Positions 32,701-33,333 of a DNA stretch of 33,333 nt are shown here, one piece after another. This DNA is from Octopus bimaculoides (Eukaryota). The stretch is taken from NCBI RefSeq assembly GCF_001194135.2, contig NC_069004.1, positions 21,377,788 through 21,411,120 on the forward strand, written 5' to 3'. The translations under genes and the position numbers were made by a program. The notes beneath the pieces were generated by a model. The model ran no database searches, was not told the origin of the DNA, and saw nothing but the letters and a program-made list of their open reading frames with translations. Position 1 is the first letter of the stretch; each line of letters begins with the position of its first letter.

Positions 32701-33127
32701 TTTAAGATTTTGGCCAAGGCATTAGCGAAAAGTTTGGCGCTTGTCGTTGTCGGAGAGGTACAAACATGCGCAATCCCGAATAGGTCTATCCACGACAACC
32801 TCCATCTTATGCGATACATCGTAGAGAGGGCTGGGACTAAAGTTGGCTTCGGTGGGGCCCTAATCAATTTAGATCAGTCGAAAGTTTTCGACAGGGGAGA
32901 ACATCGCTACTTGAAAGCCGTCCTTAAAGTGGTCGGTTTTGGACACGTTTTCAGAGGCTGGATTGTTGCAATGCACAGCGGCACCTGCTCGATGGTCAAA
33001 GTAAATGGCCAAATATTGGAACCGTTTAGTATTGCACGTTCAGTTCGTCAAGGTTGCCTACTGTCATCTCCTCTGTATGTGCTGGCTCTCGAGCCACTGC
33101 TGCGGAATTTGGAACAGCTAAGAGGTA
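29720..33127 (+). mobile_element. L1/Tx1-type LINE: ORF1 and ORF2 (APE plus RT N-half), 3'-truncated, inactive
   Basis: ORF1 remnants from ATG 29778 with a decayed knuckle CHTSGSVNHLKAL. ORF2 from ATG 30996: GCVNVRGL, ISET motif broken by TAA at 31110, VYAP, GPGYWKLN, then past the gap NFRPITLLNTEFK, LINLDQSKVFD and RQGCLLS. It stops before YADD. Confidence 0.92.
31792..32535. other. Assembly gap (largest of many N-runs; others include 14999-15647, 16716-16991, 22962-23403, 24435-24781)
   Basis: N-runs; lengths are scaffolder estimates. Confidence 0.99.
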
Positions 33128-33162
33128 GTAGTGCGCCTTATAAAGCCATCAAATACGGTGTA

Positions 33163-33333
33163 TTTTCTTTTATTTTTTTATTTGTTTCAGTCATTTGACC
33201 GCGGCCATGCTGGAGTACCACATTTAGTCGAACAAATCGACCTCAGGACGTATTCTTTGTAAGCCTAGCACTTATCCTATCGGTTTCCTTTGCTGAACAG
33301 CTAAGTTACGGGGACGTAAACACACCAACATCG
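33163..33333 (-). mobile_element. SINE family A 3' half, running off the window
   Basis: TTTCAGTCATTTGACCGCGGCCATGCTGGAG...GTTACGGGGACGTAAACACACCAACATCG. Confidence 0.9.

Overview
Repeat-dense, AT-rich animal genomic DNA from a gapped draft assembly. The SINE and microsatellite landscape looks like an octopod cephalopod (inference, not verified). No intact host gene can be supported. Most listed ORFs are microsatellite or N-gap artefacts. The window holds three tRNA-headed SINE families (here called A, B, C), two decayed L1/Tx1-type LINEs, several restriction-like-endonuclease (R4/Dong-type) LINE fragments, a Penelope-like fragment, a dead mariner, a hAT MITE with an exact 8-bp TSD, and a U6 snRNA pseudogene. 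Three observations stand out. (1) SINE family C has a tRNA head and a 3' half folding as a minimal type I hammerhead ribozyme of the Penelope-like kind; both local copies have mutated cores. (2) One family C copy is an inverted-tail insertion bounded by a 12-bp TSD and carries a nested Dong-like LINE. (3) A U6-SINE chimeric retrocopy is bounded by an 8-bp direct repeat.
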